64,000 nt of DNA, taken from contig OZ374564.1 in assembly GCA_977862235.1 (NCBI GenBank), forward strand, positions 1,178,001-1,242,000, written 5' to 3'. Shown piece by piece: positions 62,227 through 64,000 of the stretch. Position 1 is the stretch's first letter. Each line of letters opens with the position of its first letter. This DNA comes from Dudresnaya verticillata (Eukaryota). The notes below the pieces were generated by a model, which was not told the DNA's origin, did not search any database, and worked only from the letters and a program-made list of their open reading frames with translations. Both the position numbers and the translations under genes were made by a program.

Positions 62227-64000
62227 ATGTCAACTCACTCTCAAAGTAGTTCCCGTCGTGGTCAGAAGGCGGAGCAGACCCCATTGGTCCCCCCAGTTGA
62301 GGACCCGGAGTCTTTTCTCCACCCTCCGAGAACTCCTGGAGTAGAACAAGAGGAACCGCCTGGTCAAGCATCCACCAATCCCGTAACAGGTAAACCCTTA
62401 GCCGGTCCTTCGAAAGAAGTCGCAAGGCAGCCCCCGCTACATTCCAACCGTAACCATTGGGTCAATACTGATCTGATGCCCCGTCTGATCAACTGGCTAC
62501 ATGATGCGTTGACCCTTCGGTTACCTCAAACGGTTGAACCACTAGTGGGACACTTTCTAGAGGAACAAGGTCCAAGGACACTCTCAGAGTTTGCCGCCAC
62601 GGCTACTGACAAGTTAGTCCAGTCATGGACCACTCAGCCGGACAGTAGTCCAATCTATGGGATGCTTACCAAAATGGTTCCCCCGTTGGTCGCTCAGTCT
62701 CTCGAGGCCTATGGGCAAGCAGCGGACCCTTCAACTGGACCAAAGTCTAAACCCACAGGGGAAACCAAAGTGGAAAATAAGGAGGATGATGTCGTCCCTC
62801 CTAGCATCGTTCTACCAACCAAAACTGGTGATATAAAAAAGGAACCCGAAGGGGGTTTGTCGGACTCCGAAGGTAGTAAGAGTAACCGACAAGGATCGAA
62901 GTCCAAGAATTCTAAAAAGAAGAAGAAGAAGGACAAACGAAAGAAAAATAAGAAGAAACATCACTCATCTGAGTCTGACTCATCGTCAGTTACCTCAGAT
63001 GGTTCAAGTTCGGATGATTCATCCGATGATGACCGACGGCGCCGTCGCCGGTCGTCTAAACCTACAAAGGTCAGGAGGATTAAACCCCTTAACGACCTAT
63101 TTACCCGAGTGGTTAGCTTTCAAAGTTACCGATTAGACAACCGCTCAAGGCTTTACTCTTCGAGAATCTCTCGGAAAGTAAATACCTACTATAAGAGGAT
63201 GGCTATTCAGATGCCACCCTCTCGGTTTTCGGGGGTAGACCCGATTAACACCTTGGGTTTCCTAGCAAGGTTCAAGCATGCCTGTAACCACAATGATATC
63301 CATGAAGGAGCTGCCGTTTGGTTACTACAATATTTTATGGCAGGAACCGCAAGGGACAACCTTCAGGCGAGGCTCCAGACAAGAACCAGTATGGTCGTAG
63401 ACTATGAAGATGAGGGAGATTTATTAACAACGTACCCTGAAGTGGTTAATTACCTTTTGGAAACTTATGCTACCGATGAGGTTATTGCACTAGCCTATGC
63501 CGACGTGATTTCGTTGCGACAAGCAGAGGGCAAAACGGAACGGGACTTCGCAGAGTTAGTAAGAGCCAGAGCTCGCCGTTGCGGGTCGGTGTTCACTGAA
63601 CACCGCCTCAAGGCGATCTTCGTTGATGGGCTCCTCCCTAGTATCCGTGCACCGGTTCGTAACCGATTGGCTTCCTCAAAGAGTTTGTCCTACACCCATA
63701 TTACACAGTATGCACAAGATCTTGGGGAAGCTCACAGGAGTACACGTGGGACGACTAACCTAAAGGGTAAAAGGGGAGTAATTCCCGTCGCCGCGGTTAG
63801 CTTCGAGAAACCGCCGTCTCACTCCGTGAGTACGTCGACAGCTACCTCCGAGGGTTTACCGGGAATGGAAGACATTCATGAAGAGGAGATTTTCCAACTT
63901 GGTGAAGAATTATCTAACCAGTCTATGACACCCCCGTCTTCGATAACCACAGTAGGATCCCGAGATGGTGCGCCGATACGGGCATGTTGGATCTGTGTTA
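62227..64000 (+). CDS. gag: Gag, unit 7 (3' end outside window)
   Basis: Same ATG and sequence as the other units. Confidence 0.92.
   Translation, partial: MSTHSQSSSRRGQKAEQTPLVPPVEDPESFLHPPRTPGVEQEEPPGQASTNPVTGKPLAGPSKEVARQPPLHSNRNHWVNTDLMPRLINWLHDALTLRLPQTVEPLVGHFLEEQGPRTLSEFAATATDKLVQSWTTQPDSSPIYGMLTKMVPPLVAQSLEAYGQAADPSTGPKSKPTGETKVENKEDDVVPPSIVLPTKTGDIKKEPEGGLSDSEGSKSNRQGSKSKNSKKKKKKDKRKKNKKKHHSSESDSSSVTSDGSSSDDSSDDDRRRRRRSSKPTKVRRIKPLNDLFTRVVSFQSYRLDNRSRLYSSRISRKVNTYYKRMAIQMPPSRFSGVDPINTLGFLARFKHACNHNDIHEGAAVWLLQYFMAGTARDNLQARLQTRTSMVVDYEDEGDLLTTYPEVVNYLLETYATDEVIALAYADVISLRQAEGKTERDFAELVRARARRCGSVFTEHRLKAIFVDGLLPSIRAPVRNRLASSKSLSYTHITQYAQDLGEAHRSTRGTTNLKGKRGVIPVAAVSFEKPPSHSVSTSTATSEGLPGMEDIHEEEIFQLGEELSNQSMTPPSSITTVGSRDGAPIRACWICV

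Larger units (their letters stand above)
5393..64000 (+). repeat. Tandem array of a Ty3/Gypsy LTR retrotransposon, 9366-bp period, shared LTRs, at least 6.3 units
   Basis: LTR starts at 5393, 14763, 24129, 33495, 42861, 52227 and 61593 (spacing 9370, then 9366). The ORF set repeats identically. Confidence 0.99.
61593..64000 (+). mobile_element. Gypsy chromovirus unit 7 (runs off window)
   Basis: LTR, PBS and most of gag. Confidence 0.95.

Overview
Eukaryotic, entirely retrotransposon-derived window with no host genes. Positions 1-5392 hold two decayed, related non-LTR retrotransposons on the minus strand (RT plus CCHC/restriction-like endonuclease, CRE/R2-type). They are interrupted by a solo LTR with a 5-bp TSD and by a probable second solo LTR. 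From 5393 to the window end is a head-to-tail array of a Ty3/Gypsy chromovirus: six full units plus a partial seventh, period 9366 bp, neighbours sharing a single 519-bp LTR. Each unit has a tRNA-Tyr-type PBS, gag, a -1 frameshift signal, pol (PR-RT-RH-IN-chromodomain), and a ~2.3-kb antisense reading frame of unknown function with its own poly(A) signals. Both the frameshifted pol frame and the antisense frame are interrupted by one in-frame stop codon present in every full copy. The LTR U5 region also carries a motif complementary to the tRNA D-arm, shared with the unrelated solo LTR. All comparisons were made by eye and no database searches were run.
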